Assembly (NCBI GenBank): GCA_963707025.1
Contig: CAVPOM010000015.1
Location: 206,118 to 270,117 of the forward strand
Direction: 5' to 3'
Length of the DNA stretch: 64,000 nt
From: an uncultured Verrucomicrobiae bacterium
Lineage (GTDB): Bacteria > Verrucomicrobiota > Verrucomicrobiia > Limisphaerales > Palsa-1400
The translations under genes and the position numbers were made by a program. The notes below the pieces were generated by a model. The model saw only the letters and a program-made list of their open reading frames with translations, made no database searches and was not told where the DNA came from. Below are positions 20,631 to 30,369 of this stretch, piece after piece. How positions within the stretch are numbered: the first letter of the stretch is position 1; every line of letters starts with the position of its first letter.

Positions 20631-22123
20631 TGAGGTGGACCCCATCCTTTAGACCACGGAGCGCATGAAATAAGCGCGACTTTTGCCGATTGCTGTCATT
20701 ACTAATTGTAGTTGACTACTGTTCATTCCGTGTTTCAAAACCCTTTCGAAAGAGAGAACGAGCGATGCGGAGCACTGCCCGTCCTCCCTCTCCGTTTTCT
20801 TAGGGTTCTCAACTCTACCGCCGCAGGCGGTCTGATTTCAAGCCTTTTCCTGCCGCCTGCCTCTCTGTCAAGTGCTGCGATCGCTCCTGCCTCTGGCAGG
20901 TTGCATCGCTTCCCATTTGGCCGGTTGGGCTCCATGCGTGCCGGGATCAAAATACGCGTCCGCCGGCGTCGCATAGCCCAACGCCTGGTGCGGTCGTTCC
21001 CGGTTGTAGCCGTCAAACCACCGGCCCAGTCCGCGCCCTGCCGCCAACCCGTCGCCATAGTCTTGCAAATAAATGTCCTCATACTTGGCGCTCCGCCACA
21101 GCCGCTCGATAAACCGGTTGTCCATCCAGCGACCCCGTCCGTCCATGCTCACGTCCACCCCCGCCGATTCCACCGCATCGATAAACATCGGGGAGGTGAA
21201 CTGCGATCCCTGGTCGGTATTGGAAATCAACGGCGCCTGACGCCCCGCCCGCAACGCCGCCTCCCAAGCGTCCACACAAAAGTCCGCCTCCAACGTGTTG
21301 CTCAAGCGCCATCCCAGCACGTAACGACTCCACCAATCCATCACCGCCACCAAATACATAAACCCAGTTGCCATAGGCACATACGTAATGTCCGAACACC
21401 AAACCTGATCCGGTCCCGTCACTGCCAAATTGCGTAACAGATACGGATAAATCTGGTGCCCCATCTCCCGCAGACTCGTCTTGGGCTTGGCGTAAATCGC
21501 CTCGATCCCCATCAACCGCAGCAGCCGCACCACCCGTTTGCGATTGATGGTCAAACCCTCCCGGCGCAACAGCACGGTCAGTTTGCGGCTGCCATAAACC
21601 GGGTGGTCCAAATGCATCTGGTCCAACCGCCGCATCAGCGCCAGGTTCTCCTCTGTCTCCGGACAGCACTGGTAATAATAACTGCCACGGCACACCGCCA
21701 GCAGCTCGCACTGGCGCCGCACGCTGAGCTGCGGATCGGGAGCGATTAAACATGTTAAAGCCCCAGTTGCCTGGACTTTTTTTTAAGCCAGTCCAAGTCC
21801 ACCGTCAGTTGGCCAATCTTCTCATGCAGTTGGGCAATCAACTGTTCCTGATCCTCCGTGCGGGGTTGCCCGGGCTCAAACAATTCGGGCATGTGATCCC
21901 GAATCGTCGCCCGCCACTGCGTGACCTGCGCCGGATGCACCGCATACTCTCGCGCCAATTGCGCGACCGTCTTCAGCCCCACCAGGGCTTCGAATCCCAC
22001 TTTGGCCTTGAAGGCCGCACTGTGTCTTTTCCGTTTTGCTTTCATAAGTCTGCTCTTTCTTATCTACAGCAAACCGGCAAAAATCGAAACTTACCTGTGG
22101 TCTAAAAATAGGGGTCCAGCTCA
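20631..22123 (-). mobile_element. IS3-family insertion sequence, copy 1 (no TSD)
   Basis: TG...CA ends with IRs TGAGGTGGACCCCATCCTTTAGACCAC / TGAGCTGGACCCCTATTTTTAGACCAC; contains orfA and orfB. Confidence 0.95.
20868..22045 (-). CDS. IS3 transposase OrfAB (programmed -1 frameshift)
   Basis: OrfA 21755-22045 (HTH); OrfB with WCSDITY, NTDQGSQF, NRFIERLW (DDE). A8G slippery site at 21776-21784, with the -1 frame open into orfB. Confidence 0.93.
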
Positions 22124-22489
22124 CTGGAAAATTACGAGGCGCACTGGTCAAGGTTGGAAGATGGAAGTTCAGATTCAAATTTGGCCCGGTCGAATTCGCG
22201 AAAGAAAACGACATCTCCGTTCAGGAAAGTGAGAAATGCTTGCCCCAGGTCCGGGCAGACGCGCAGAAACGTATGGATATGACGTTGAGGCGTGCGCGCG
22301 AAACCATATTTGAATGGCACGAACAAACAAATGATCAAACCGGCAAAACTCGATTTGTGCGCAGGCTGCGTTTCAGGACTTTTCTCCCAATTGTTGAGCC
22401 TGTCGAGTGGAGTAGGATTTACAAGCGGGTCGAGCTTTGCCCCATGGAGCAAGAATCAAGGCCTAACTCTCCAACCGCAGGCTAAGTTA

Positions 22490-23308
22490 CTAATGGGTGA
22501 CGGTTTTGATGGATTGCCGTTCAAATTTGCAGTTGAAGTGATGCGAAATAATCGCACACCATCGGCCCTTGTGGAACTTCCAACTTTTGTCTTTGTCAAG
22601 AACCTGGATGAAAATGTCCCCCACAAGTGTCAACGAAAGGGCGTGAAAATACACGGCCAGAACAATGTCCAGCGTTCGGAAAACGTCTCGGTTTAGTCAA
22701 TGCAAGTCTTCAGTCGCCTCAAAACCACTAAAGCGTCCCGCCTCGGCCTGTCGTAACCTTTCCTCAAGCTGATGTGCCGAAGGATGAACGAACTCACATA
22801 ACAAAGAATAAAGCTGCGAAACATCGTTGATGAAATCCAATCTCTGAGCATCATCAAATGCCTCGAACTGTGTGTTCGCCAAGAGCTCGATTTTCGGTTG
22901 GCGACCCAGTGACCGCAGAAAAGCCAGCCTCTCCTCCAACGGCTTGTCGAACTGCTGAATATCTACGTAATAGTGGGTGCAAACGGTCTCAAGAACGTAT
23001 CTCAACTCTCGTCTCGTGACGTTCAAAAAACCCTCTGGGACGAGTGCCGCGTACGAGAGAGCCGACTGAAAGATGTCCTCTGCATCGGTGAAAAGAAGGC
23101 TCTTCCGGCAAAGATAAGGAGACGGTGACGAGTAAAAGGTGACAGCCGTAAACGCCTCGAGGAAGCTATCCCGAGTCCGCTGAAGAAACTTCAGCTCGTC
23201 CTGGAACTCTTTGGAATTCCTCAGTTCAACATCTGCTTCAGGGGGTCGCCCTGATTGTTGAGAGGATCCGGCTTTGAAACCGGCGGGGTTGTCGGAGGGC
23301 AATCCCAT
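22490..23308 (-). pseudogene. Hypothetical helical protein with an in-frame TGA at 22697-22699
   Basis: ORF 22697-23308 continues in the same frame for 68 more codons (LNRDVFRTLDIVLAVYFH...) to TAG at 22490; lower GC than the flanks. Confidence 0.55.
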
Positions 23309-23321
23309 AAAAAAGGCGAAG

Positions 23322-23507
23322 TTATTTCAGGCCGTAGCGTCTTTTGACTTCACTGTGGGTGAGGCGCGGTTTGCCTTCGTCGCGCAGGCGGGCTTCGGTC
23401 AAATCCAGATAATCGTTCAGGTCCTCCAGTTCCTCGCGCAGCGTGGCAATTTGCTCGCGCTTCCGGGAAATGGAGCGGACAACGGTTTGTTGCGCGGTTT
23501 TAGTCAT
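23322..23507 (-). CDS. Antitoxin downstream of relE
   Basis: MTKTAQQ...LREELEDLNDYLDLTEARLRDEGKPRLTHSEVKRRYGLK; overlaps the relE 3' end. Confidence 0.7.
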   Translation of the reverse strand: MTKTAQQTVVRSISRKREQIATLREELEDLNDYLDLTEARLRDEGKPRLTHSEVKRRYGLK

Positions 23508-23604
23508 AAACATCTTTCCGATTGCCGATTCTGCGGATCACAATAACACCATCCGCCAGATCAAACAAGATTCGATAATCGCCCATGCGGAGGCGATACA
23601 TGGC

Positions 23605-25098
23605 TGAGGTGGACCCCATCCTTTAGACCACGGAGCGCATGAAATAAGCGCGACTTTTGCCGATTGCTGTCATTACTAATTGTAGTTGACTACTGTTCAT
23701 TCCGTGTTTCAAAACCCTTTCGAAAAGAGAGAACGAGCGATGCGGAGCACTGCCCGTCCTCCCTCTCCGTTTTCTTAGGGTTCTCAACTCTACCGCCGCA
23801 GGCGGTCTGATTTCAAGCCTTTTCCTGCCGCCTGCCTCTCTGTCAAGTGCTGCGATCGCTCCTGCCTCTGGCAGGTTGCATCGCTTCCCATTTGGCCGGT
23901 TGGGCTCCATGCGTGCCGGGATCAAAATACGCGTCCGCCGGCGTCGCATAGCCCAACGCCTGGTGCGGTCGTTCCCGGTTGTAGCCGTCAAACCACCGGC
24001 CCAGTCCGCGCCCTGCCGCCAACCCGTCGCCATAGTCTTGCAAATAAATGTCCTCATACTTGGCGCTCCGCCACAGCCGCTCGATAAACCGGTTGTCCAT
24101 CCAGCGACCCCGTCCGTCCATGCTCACGTCCACCCCCGCCGATTCCACCGCATCGATAAACATCGGGGAGGTGAACTGCGATCCCTGGTCGGTATTGGAA
24201 ATCAACGGCGCCTGACGCCCCGCCCGCAACGCCGCCTCCCAAGCGTCCACACAAAAGTCCGCCTCCAACGTGTTGCTCAAGCGCCATCCCAGCACGTAAC
24301 GACTCCACCAATCCATCACCGCCACCAAATACATAAACCCAGTTGCCATAGGCACATACGTAATGTCCGAACACCAAACCTGATCCGGTCCCGTCACTGC
24401 CAAATTGCGTAACAGATACGGATAAATCTGGTGCCCCATCTCCCGCAGACTCGTCTTGGGCTTGGCGTAAATCGCCTCGATCCCCATCAACCGCAGCAGC
24501 CGCACCACCCGTTTGCGATTGATGGTCAAACCCTCCCGGCGCAACAGCACGGTCAGTTTGCGGCTGCCATAAACCGGGTGGTCCAAATGCATCTGGTCCA
24601 ACCGCCGCATCAGCGCCAGGTTCTCCTCTGTCTCCGGACAGCACTGGTAATAATAACTGCCACGGCACACCGCCAGCAGCTCGCACTGGCGCCGCACGCT
24701 GAGCTGCGGATCGGGAGCGATTAAACATGTTAAAGCCCCAGTTGCCTGGACTTTTTTTTAAGCCAGTCCAAGTCCACCGTCAGTTGGCCAATCTTCTCAT
24801 GCAGTTGGGCAATCAACTGTTCCTGATCCTCCGTGCGGGGTTGCCCGGGCTCAAACAATTCGGGCATGTGATCCCGAATCGTCGCCCGCCACTGCGTGAC
24901 CTGCGCCGGATGCACCGCATACTCTCGCGCCAATTGCGCGACCGTCTTCAGCCCCACCAGGGCTTCGAATCCCACTTTGGCCTTGAAGGCCGCACTGTGT
25001 CTTTTCCGTTTTGCTTTCATAAGTCTGCTCTTTCTTATCTACAGCAAACCGGCAAAAATCGAAACTTACCTGTGGTCTAAAAATAGGGGTCCAGCTCA
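23605..25098 (-). mobile_element. IS3-family insertion sequence, copy 2 (3-bp TSD GGC)
   Basis: Near-identical to copy 1 with identical ORF translations; GGC at 23602-23604 and 25099-25101. Confidence 0.95.
23843..25020 (-). CDS. IS3 transposase OrfAB (programmed -1 frameshift)
   Basis: Same ORFs and slippery site as copy 1. Confidence 0.93.
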
Positions 25099-25300
25099 GG
25101 CCTCGGCTTCGTGCAGACGTTTGATGTTGCCGTGCAATCCGTGTTCCAAGCGTTGGATCTTTCGGAGAATTTGCGCGCGCTCGCGTGCGGGCAATCCATC
25201 GAGGTCATCCAAAGCCGAAGCACCGTATTCAATTTGGCAAGGATGACCGTTCATGGTGGTTCATTACAATTTCGTCAACTGCGTGCGTGAAAAGTGGTGA

Positions 25301-27589
25301 CTACCTCCCGCCCGCCGCCAGGTACTGTTCGAAAAAGCCGTAGCGCAGGGTGTCGCGGTGGGTGAAGTCCCGCGGGGTCAGGCCGTGGCGGCGGTTGGGA
25401 TACTCCATGAAGCTGAATTGTTTGTCCAACCCGATCAGTTTGTTGATCAGGCGCTGGGTGCCCTGGAAATGGACGTTGTTGTCCCCGGTGCCGTGGAGGA
25501 TGAGGAGCTTGCCCGTCAGTTGGCCGGCATAGGTGATGGGGGAGGCGGCTTTGAAACCGGCGGCGTTGTCCGCGGGCAGACCCATGTAACGTTCCTCGTA
25601 AATGCTGTCGTAGAGGGACCTGTCCGGCACGGGCGCGCCGGCCACGCCGACTTTGTAGAGTTCCGGCGAACGGAAAATGAGGTTCAAGGTCATGGAGCCG
25701 CCGCCGCTCCAGCCATAGACGCCAACCCGGTCCAGGTCCACATAAGAATGCAGCGCGGCCAGCGAGCGGACGGCCGCGGCCTGTTGTTTGGAGGAGAGCA
25801 CGCCGACCGAGCCGTAAATGGCCTTGCGCCAGGCGCGGCCCTTGGGCGCGGGCGTGCCCGCGTTGTCGAAGCTGGCGATGAGGTAGCCGTCGTCGGCCAG
25901 CGCCGCCAGGAGCAGCCGGTCGTTGCCGCCCCAGCTATCGTTGACCGTGGTCGCGGCCGGCTCGCCATAGACATAGACGATGAGCGGGTATTTTTTCCCG
26001 GGGTCAAACTGGGACGGGCGGATGAGCCAGCCGTCCAATTTCGCGCCGTCGCCGCCGTCCACCTGGAAAAATTCGGTGCGGCCGGCGAGGATGGGGGCGA
26101 CCTTCGCCTTGAGGGCGGCGTTGTCCTGCAACACGCGCACGGTGCTGTGCTCCGGCAGGCGGATCAGCTCGGAAATGCCCGGCTCGTCAAACTTGGAATA
26201 GTTGTGGAAGGCCCAATGGCCGTCGGGCGAAATGGTGTAGGCGTGAGTGCCGGGCTGGCTGGCGGGCGTCAGCCTTTCGGGCCGGCCCGTGCCGTCCAGG
26301 CGGGAGCGCCACAGATAGCGTTGCGTGGCGTTGTCGGGCGAGGCGGTGTAATAGAGCCAGTGGTTGGTTTCATCCACCAGCGCCAGGGCGACGAGATCAA
26401 ACGGCCCGGTGGTGATGAGCTGCGCCGCGCCGTCGCGTCCGACCGCGTAGGCGTGGCGCCAGCCGTCGCGCTCGCTGAGAAAAAGCAGCTTTTGGCCGTG
26501 GTCCAGCCAGATGAAACTGTCGTTGTAATCAACCCAGGCGTCGTCGCGGTCCTGGAACATGAGGCGGACCCGGCCGGTTTTGGCGCTGGCCAGAAAGAGG
26601 TTGTTGGTATTCTGCAGGCGGTTGAGGTGCTGGAGAATCACCTCGTCGGAATTGCCGGCCCAGTCCATGCGGGCGATGTAGGTGTTGCGCGGATCGCCGG
26701 GGGTTTTGATCCAGCGCGTCGCGCCGCCCTTGGCGCTGACGATGCCCACGCGCACGGCGGCGTTGGTCTGGCCGGTTTTGGGATAGGGATACCGGGTGAT
26801 GACGGGATAGAGGGAGTCGGTGTAATTGATGAGGGCGAACTCAGGCACTTTGCTCTGGTCAAATTGGAAATAGGCGATCTTGCTCCCATCCGGACTCCAG
26901 GCAAAGCAGGAGGCCAGGTCCAGTTCCTCCTCATCCACCCAGTCGGAGGTGCCGTTGATGATCATGGGCGAGCCGTCGCGGGTCAGGGGCGTGATCCTGC
27001 CGCTGTGGACATCCTCCACATAAATATTGTTGCCGCGCACGTATGCGGCGCGCGCGCCGTCGGGGGAAAGTTTGGCATAGAGCAGGCCGTTGGTGGATTC
27101 TCCGCCGAGCTTGTGCCAGGAGTTGTCCTTTTTATCCAGCACCCAATTCTCGTAGGCGGTCTTGCGGATCATGGTGGGATGCGGTTTGGTGGCGAAGAGA
27201 AGGTACCGGCCATCGGCGGAGGCGGCGCGCTCGTTCAAGGACAGCGGGCTGCCCAGTCCGGGGGGCGTCAGTTGCTCCGCCGTCATGGACAGGAGGATTT
27301 TGCGCTCGCCTGTGGCGGTGTCGTAACGGACGAGGTCGCTGCCGCCGTTGGTCCCGCGCTCGACGGCGGTGTAGCCCGCCCCGCCGTCCACCCATTCGCC
27401 GCCGCCGGCACCGCGCCCGGCGGCCCGGCGTCCGCCGCCGGCGCCGCGCGGGCCGCCGCTGAATTCCCCGGAGTTGAGGCGGCGCATCCAGGCCTGCACG
27501 TTGGTGGAAAGCTGGGCCGAAGCCGGCAGGAGCCCGGCGAGCAGGAGCAGCGCCGTCAGGGCGGTGCGGGGGGAGGTTTGATTTCGCAT
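25301..27589 (-). CDS. S9B dipeptidyl peptidase IV-like protein
   Basis: Signal peptide; NGTSDWVDEEE, WSPDG, YPYPKTG; GWSGGG nucleophile elbow, HGTGDNNVH, YPNRRHG. Confidence 0.92.
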   Translation of the reverse strand: MRNQTSPRTALTALLLLAGLLPASAQLSTNVQAWMRRLNSGEFSGGPRGAGGGRRAAGRGAGGGEWVDGGAGYTAVERGTNGGSDLVRYDTATGERKILLSMTAEQLTPPGLGSPLSLNERAASADGRYLLFATKPHPTMIRKTAYENWVLDKKDNSWHKLGGESTNGLLYAKLSPDGARAAYVRGNNIYVEDVHSGRITPLTRDGSPMIINGTSDWVDEEELDLASCFAWSPDGSKIAYFQFDQSKVPEFALINYTDSLYPVITRYPYPKTGQTNAAVRVGIVSAKGGATRWIKTPGDPRNTYIARMDWAGNSDEVILQHLNRLQNTNNLFLASAKTGRVRLMFQDRDDAWVDYNDSFIWLDHGQKLLFLSERDGWRHAYAVGRDGAAQLITTGPFDLVALALVDETNHWLYYTASPDNATQRYLWRSRLDGTGRPERLTPASQPGTHAYTISPDGHWAFHNYSKFDEPGISELIRLPEHSTVRVLQDNAALKAKVAPILAGRTEFFQVDGGDGAKLDGWLIRPSQFDPGKKYPLIVYVYGEPAATTVNDSWGGNDRLLLAALADDGYLIASFDNAGTPAPKGRAWRKAIYGSVGVLSSKQQAAAVRSLAALHSYVDLDRVGVYGWSGGGSMTLNLIFRSPELYKVGVAGAPVPDRSLYDSIYEERYMGLPADNAAGFKAASPITYAGQLTGKLLILHGTGDNNVHFQGTQRLINKLIGLDKQFSFMEYPNRRHGLTPRDFTHRDTLRYGFFEQYLAAGGR

Positions 27590-27750
27590 GGGTAGAAGCA
27601 ATAAAGGAAAAATGCCAATTGCAAAATGATAAAATTCGGCCCGGCCCGCCCAAACCCCATCGTTCCTGTTTGGCAGTGTCCCAACTTTCGGTCGTGTACT
27701 ACCAGATTGTTGATGAATTTGCAAATTGTGGGCAAGATTCAGAAAAACCC

Positions 27751-28119
27751 ATGAAATTTAAAATTGAATTGGATGACGACTCCGCCCGCCTGCTTCTGGC
27801 GGCAGAGCCACCGCCCGGCGTCACGATCAAGGGTCCGCCACCCATCAACCCCGACGCCATAATAACAACGCGGCTGGGCGTGCCCCAGGAAACAATCCAC
27901 GCGCTGACCATTTTAGCGGTAAAGGTTGGAACGGGCGTCACGATTTCTTTAGTTTCGGGGTGGCTTCTCAAGGTGCTGAAGAATCAACCAGCCGATCAAC
28001 CAGCCCACAATAAACGCAAGATAGTTCTGAAGACAAAGGATTGGGTACTCACGGTAGAGGATGAGATTGGAAAGGCAAACCCCCATTATCCCAGCGCCAA
28101 AACAAAGCGTAAAAAGTAA
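27751..28119 (+). CDS. Hypothetical passenger protein with one hydrophobic segment
   Basis: 122-aa ORF from MKFKIELDD, with ILAVKVGTGVTISLVSGWLL. Confidence 0.55.
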   Translation: MKFKIELDDDSARLLLAAEPPPGVTIKGPPPINPDAIITTRLGVPQETIHALTILAVKVGTGVTISLVSGWLLKVLKNQPADQPAHNKRKIVLKTKDWVLTVEDEIGKANPHYPSAKTKRKK

Positions 28120-28246
28120 GGATTTGTTCATTCTTGAAGAATGGCGGGGGCGGACAGCCCAAAATCCATCCAGTGGTATAGCTGGTGATAGGACGCCGCT
28201 TGTTTACGGCTGGGATGTCCACGCCCCCTTAAAGATTTAAGGCGGA

Positions 28247-28399
28247 TTACTTCCGCACGCGCCATCGGATGGAAATCTGCACTTTCTGCTGCGGCGCGTT
28301 TTTTTCGACCTCGGCGGGGGTTTCCGAAAGAATCTGCTCAATTTGAGCGTGGGTGAGGCGCGGCCCCTGCGGGCGGCGGATTCGGGGCTTGGTTTTCAT
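28247..28399 (-). CDS. Small basic hypothetical passenger protein (50 aa)
   Basis: MKTKPRIRRPQGPRLTHAQIEQILSETPAEVEKNAPQQKVQISIRWRVRK. Confidence 0.4.
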   Translation of the reverse strand: MKTKPRIRRPQGPRLTHAQIEQILSETPAEVEKNAPQQKVQISIRWRVRK

Positions 28400-28479
28400 G
28401 TTCAATATCTTAGTGCGGGCTTCGATTGTCAGTGGGTTCATTTTTAAGATTGCCCTGATCGGGCAGCAAGAATAGCCTT

Positions 28480-29929
28480 CACAGCCATCCCACAGGAAAT
28501 TGGAAAAAAGTGTTGGCTTGACCATTTGAACCTGCCACAAGGCAGGCATGAAAAACAAAAAAATCAAACCGACACGGTCCCGGTTTAACGTTTTGCGCCA
28601 GATTTGCAATCTCATTCCTGCGCATGAAGTCTCCAAAATAGCGCGGGAGACCGGGCTCTGGATAAGTCGCGCACCTTCAGTCCGTGGAGTCACACGGTCA
28701 GTTTGCTGGACGCGCAACTCACCCATTGCATCGGACTCAACGATCTGTGCGACTCGCTGCAATTGCATTCCGGGCCGCTGTCCACTTTGCGCGGCGCCAG
28801 CGCCCCCAGCCGCAACGGCCTCTCCCACGCCAACCGGGAGCGTCCGGCCCAGATGGCCGAACAACTCTTCTGGCGGGTCCTGGAGCATTTGAAAGCACAG
28901 ACGCCCGGCTTTGCCGCGGGCCAGCGCCGTGGCCCCGCCTTCCGTTTCAAGATGCCCATCCATGTGATTGATAGCACGACCATGGAACTGGTGGCCAACT
29001 GCCTGGACTGGGCCAAGCACCGCCGGCGCAAGGCCGCCGCCAAAACCCATATGCGGTTGAATCTGCAGAATCTTTTGCCCGGTTTTGTCATTGTGGACAC
29101 TGCCGCCGAGCACGACAACCGACGGGCGCGGGAACTGTGCGCCGACTTGAAGAGCGGCGAAATCGCCTTGTTCGACAAGGGTTATGTGGACTTCGGCCAC
29201 TTGCGGGATTTGGACGGGCGCGGGGTCTTTTGGGTGACGCGGGCCAAGGAGAACATGGGCTATGAGGTGGTGCGGAAAATGCCCGCCTCCAGAGACCCGA
29301 AGATTTTGCGCGACGAAGTGATCGTCCTGAGCAACGAGAACAAACCCGCGCCGGAGTTGATGCGCCGGGTGGTGGCGCTGGTCGAGATTGATGGAGAGGA
29401 ACGGGAAATGACCTTCCTGACCAACAACCTGGAGTGGAGTCCGCGCAGCGTGGCCGACCTTTACCGCTGCCGCTGGCAGATCGAAGTCTTCTTCAAACAA
29501 ATCAAGCAGACCTTGCAGTTGGCGGATTTTCTGGGCCACAACGCCAACGCCGTGCGCTGGCAGGTGTGGACGGCGCTGTTGACCTACGTGCTGTTGCGCT
29601 ACCTCAGTCACCTCTCCAACTGGGCGCACAGCTTCACCCGGCTGTTCACGATTTTGCGGGCGGCGCTCTGGGAGAAATATGATCTGCTCAATTTGCTGGC
29701 GTGCTATGGGACAGCAGGCGGCAGCTTTCGCCACTTGGCGCGGCCCGAGCAGGCGTATTTCCCCGGCTTCCAATAAAGCTATGGGACAGCACACGCGCCC
29801 AAACAGGCGCATACCACACCCAAAAGCCAAACTCGGAAAAATCAAAATCTCATTTTACCCCGAAGACCAATTAAACCCTTGCAAATGAACAGGTCAGCAC
29901 CAGACTTTTCCCCTTATGAGACGGGTGTG
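28480..29929 (+). mobile_element. IS4-family element nested in the IS1 transposon
   Basis: 9-bp TSD AATAGCCTT (28471-28479, 29930-29938); imperfect IRs CACAGCCATCCCACAGG / CACACCCGTCTCATAAG. Confidence 0.85.
28548..29776 (+). CDS. IS4-family DDE transposase; frameshift near 28655
   Basis: VIDSTTM, LFDKGYVDF, LYRCRWQIEVFFKQIKQ (YREK motif); N-terminus in ORF 28548. Confidence 0.9.
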
Positions 29930-29955
29930 AATAGCCTTCATAAACTCCTTATTTT

Positions 29956-30276
29956 ATGACCGACAACGAAACTCGCCTCAACGAGCAATCCATTTTTGAC
30001 ATTCTGGATGATCTCCGGCGAGCCGGATTTGTTGAGAGTTTCGTCATCAAGGAAGGGAGCGTCCGTGTCGAAGAAGCCAGGATCACCTTCACCGAAAAGG
30101 GCCGACATTTGATTTCCGCATATGGAGACGCTTTCAGTTGCCTTGGGGACCACGACAAGCGGCACATAGAAACGCTTGACGAATTCCTCCGTGCGTTTGC
30201 GGCCCAGCAAATCCGGTATATTTCCGGGCAAAGGCTTATCCGGGCCGCAGATGGTGGCTATATCCTCAGCCGTTAA
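29956..30276 (+). CDS. Hypothetical passenger protein
   Basis: 106-aa ORF (ILDDLRRAGFVES...ITFTEKGRHLI, wHTH-like ending), convergent with the transposase. Confidence 0.5.
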   Translation: MTDNETRLNEQSIFDILDDLRRAGFVESFVIKEGSVRVEEARITFTEKGRHLISAYGDAFSCLGDHDKRHIETLDEFLRAFAAQQIRYISGQRLIRAADGGYILSR

Positions 30277-30369
30277 GGTAATGGTTTTAGGAATTATCCG
30301 CTGAATCCTTATTGAAATTCTCAGGTACGGAGTAAAATCGTGCGTGGCTTTTTGGTATGGCATTTGAAT

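Larger units (their letters stand above)
23500..25254 (-). pseudogene. relE: RelE/ParE-family toxin gene interrupted by IS3 copy 2
   Basis: Joining 25254-25099 to 23601-23500 gives 85 aa: MNGHPCQIEYGASALDDLDGLPARERAQILRKIQRLEHGLHGNIKRLHEAEA|MYRLRMGDYRILFDLADGVIVIRRIGNRKDVYD. Confidence 0.9.

Noticed and set aside
20631..25098. Composite transposon formed by the two IS3 copies
   Set aside because: Copy 2 has its own GGC TSD inside relE and the outer flanks share no duplication, so the insertions were independent.
18800..25300. Integron cassette array
   Set aside because: No integron integrase, no attC R''/R' boxes, and mixed gene orientation.
23270..25585. Diversity-generating retroelement TR/VR pair
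   Set aside because: The match is only 39 bp, the mismatches are not adenine-specific, and no reverse transcriptase is present.
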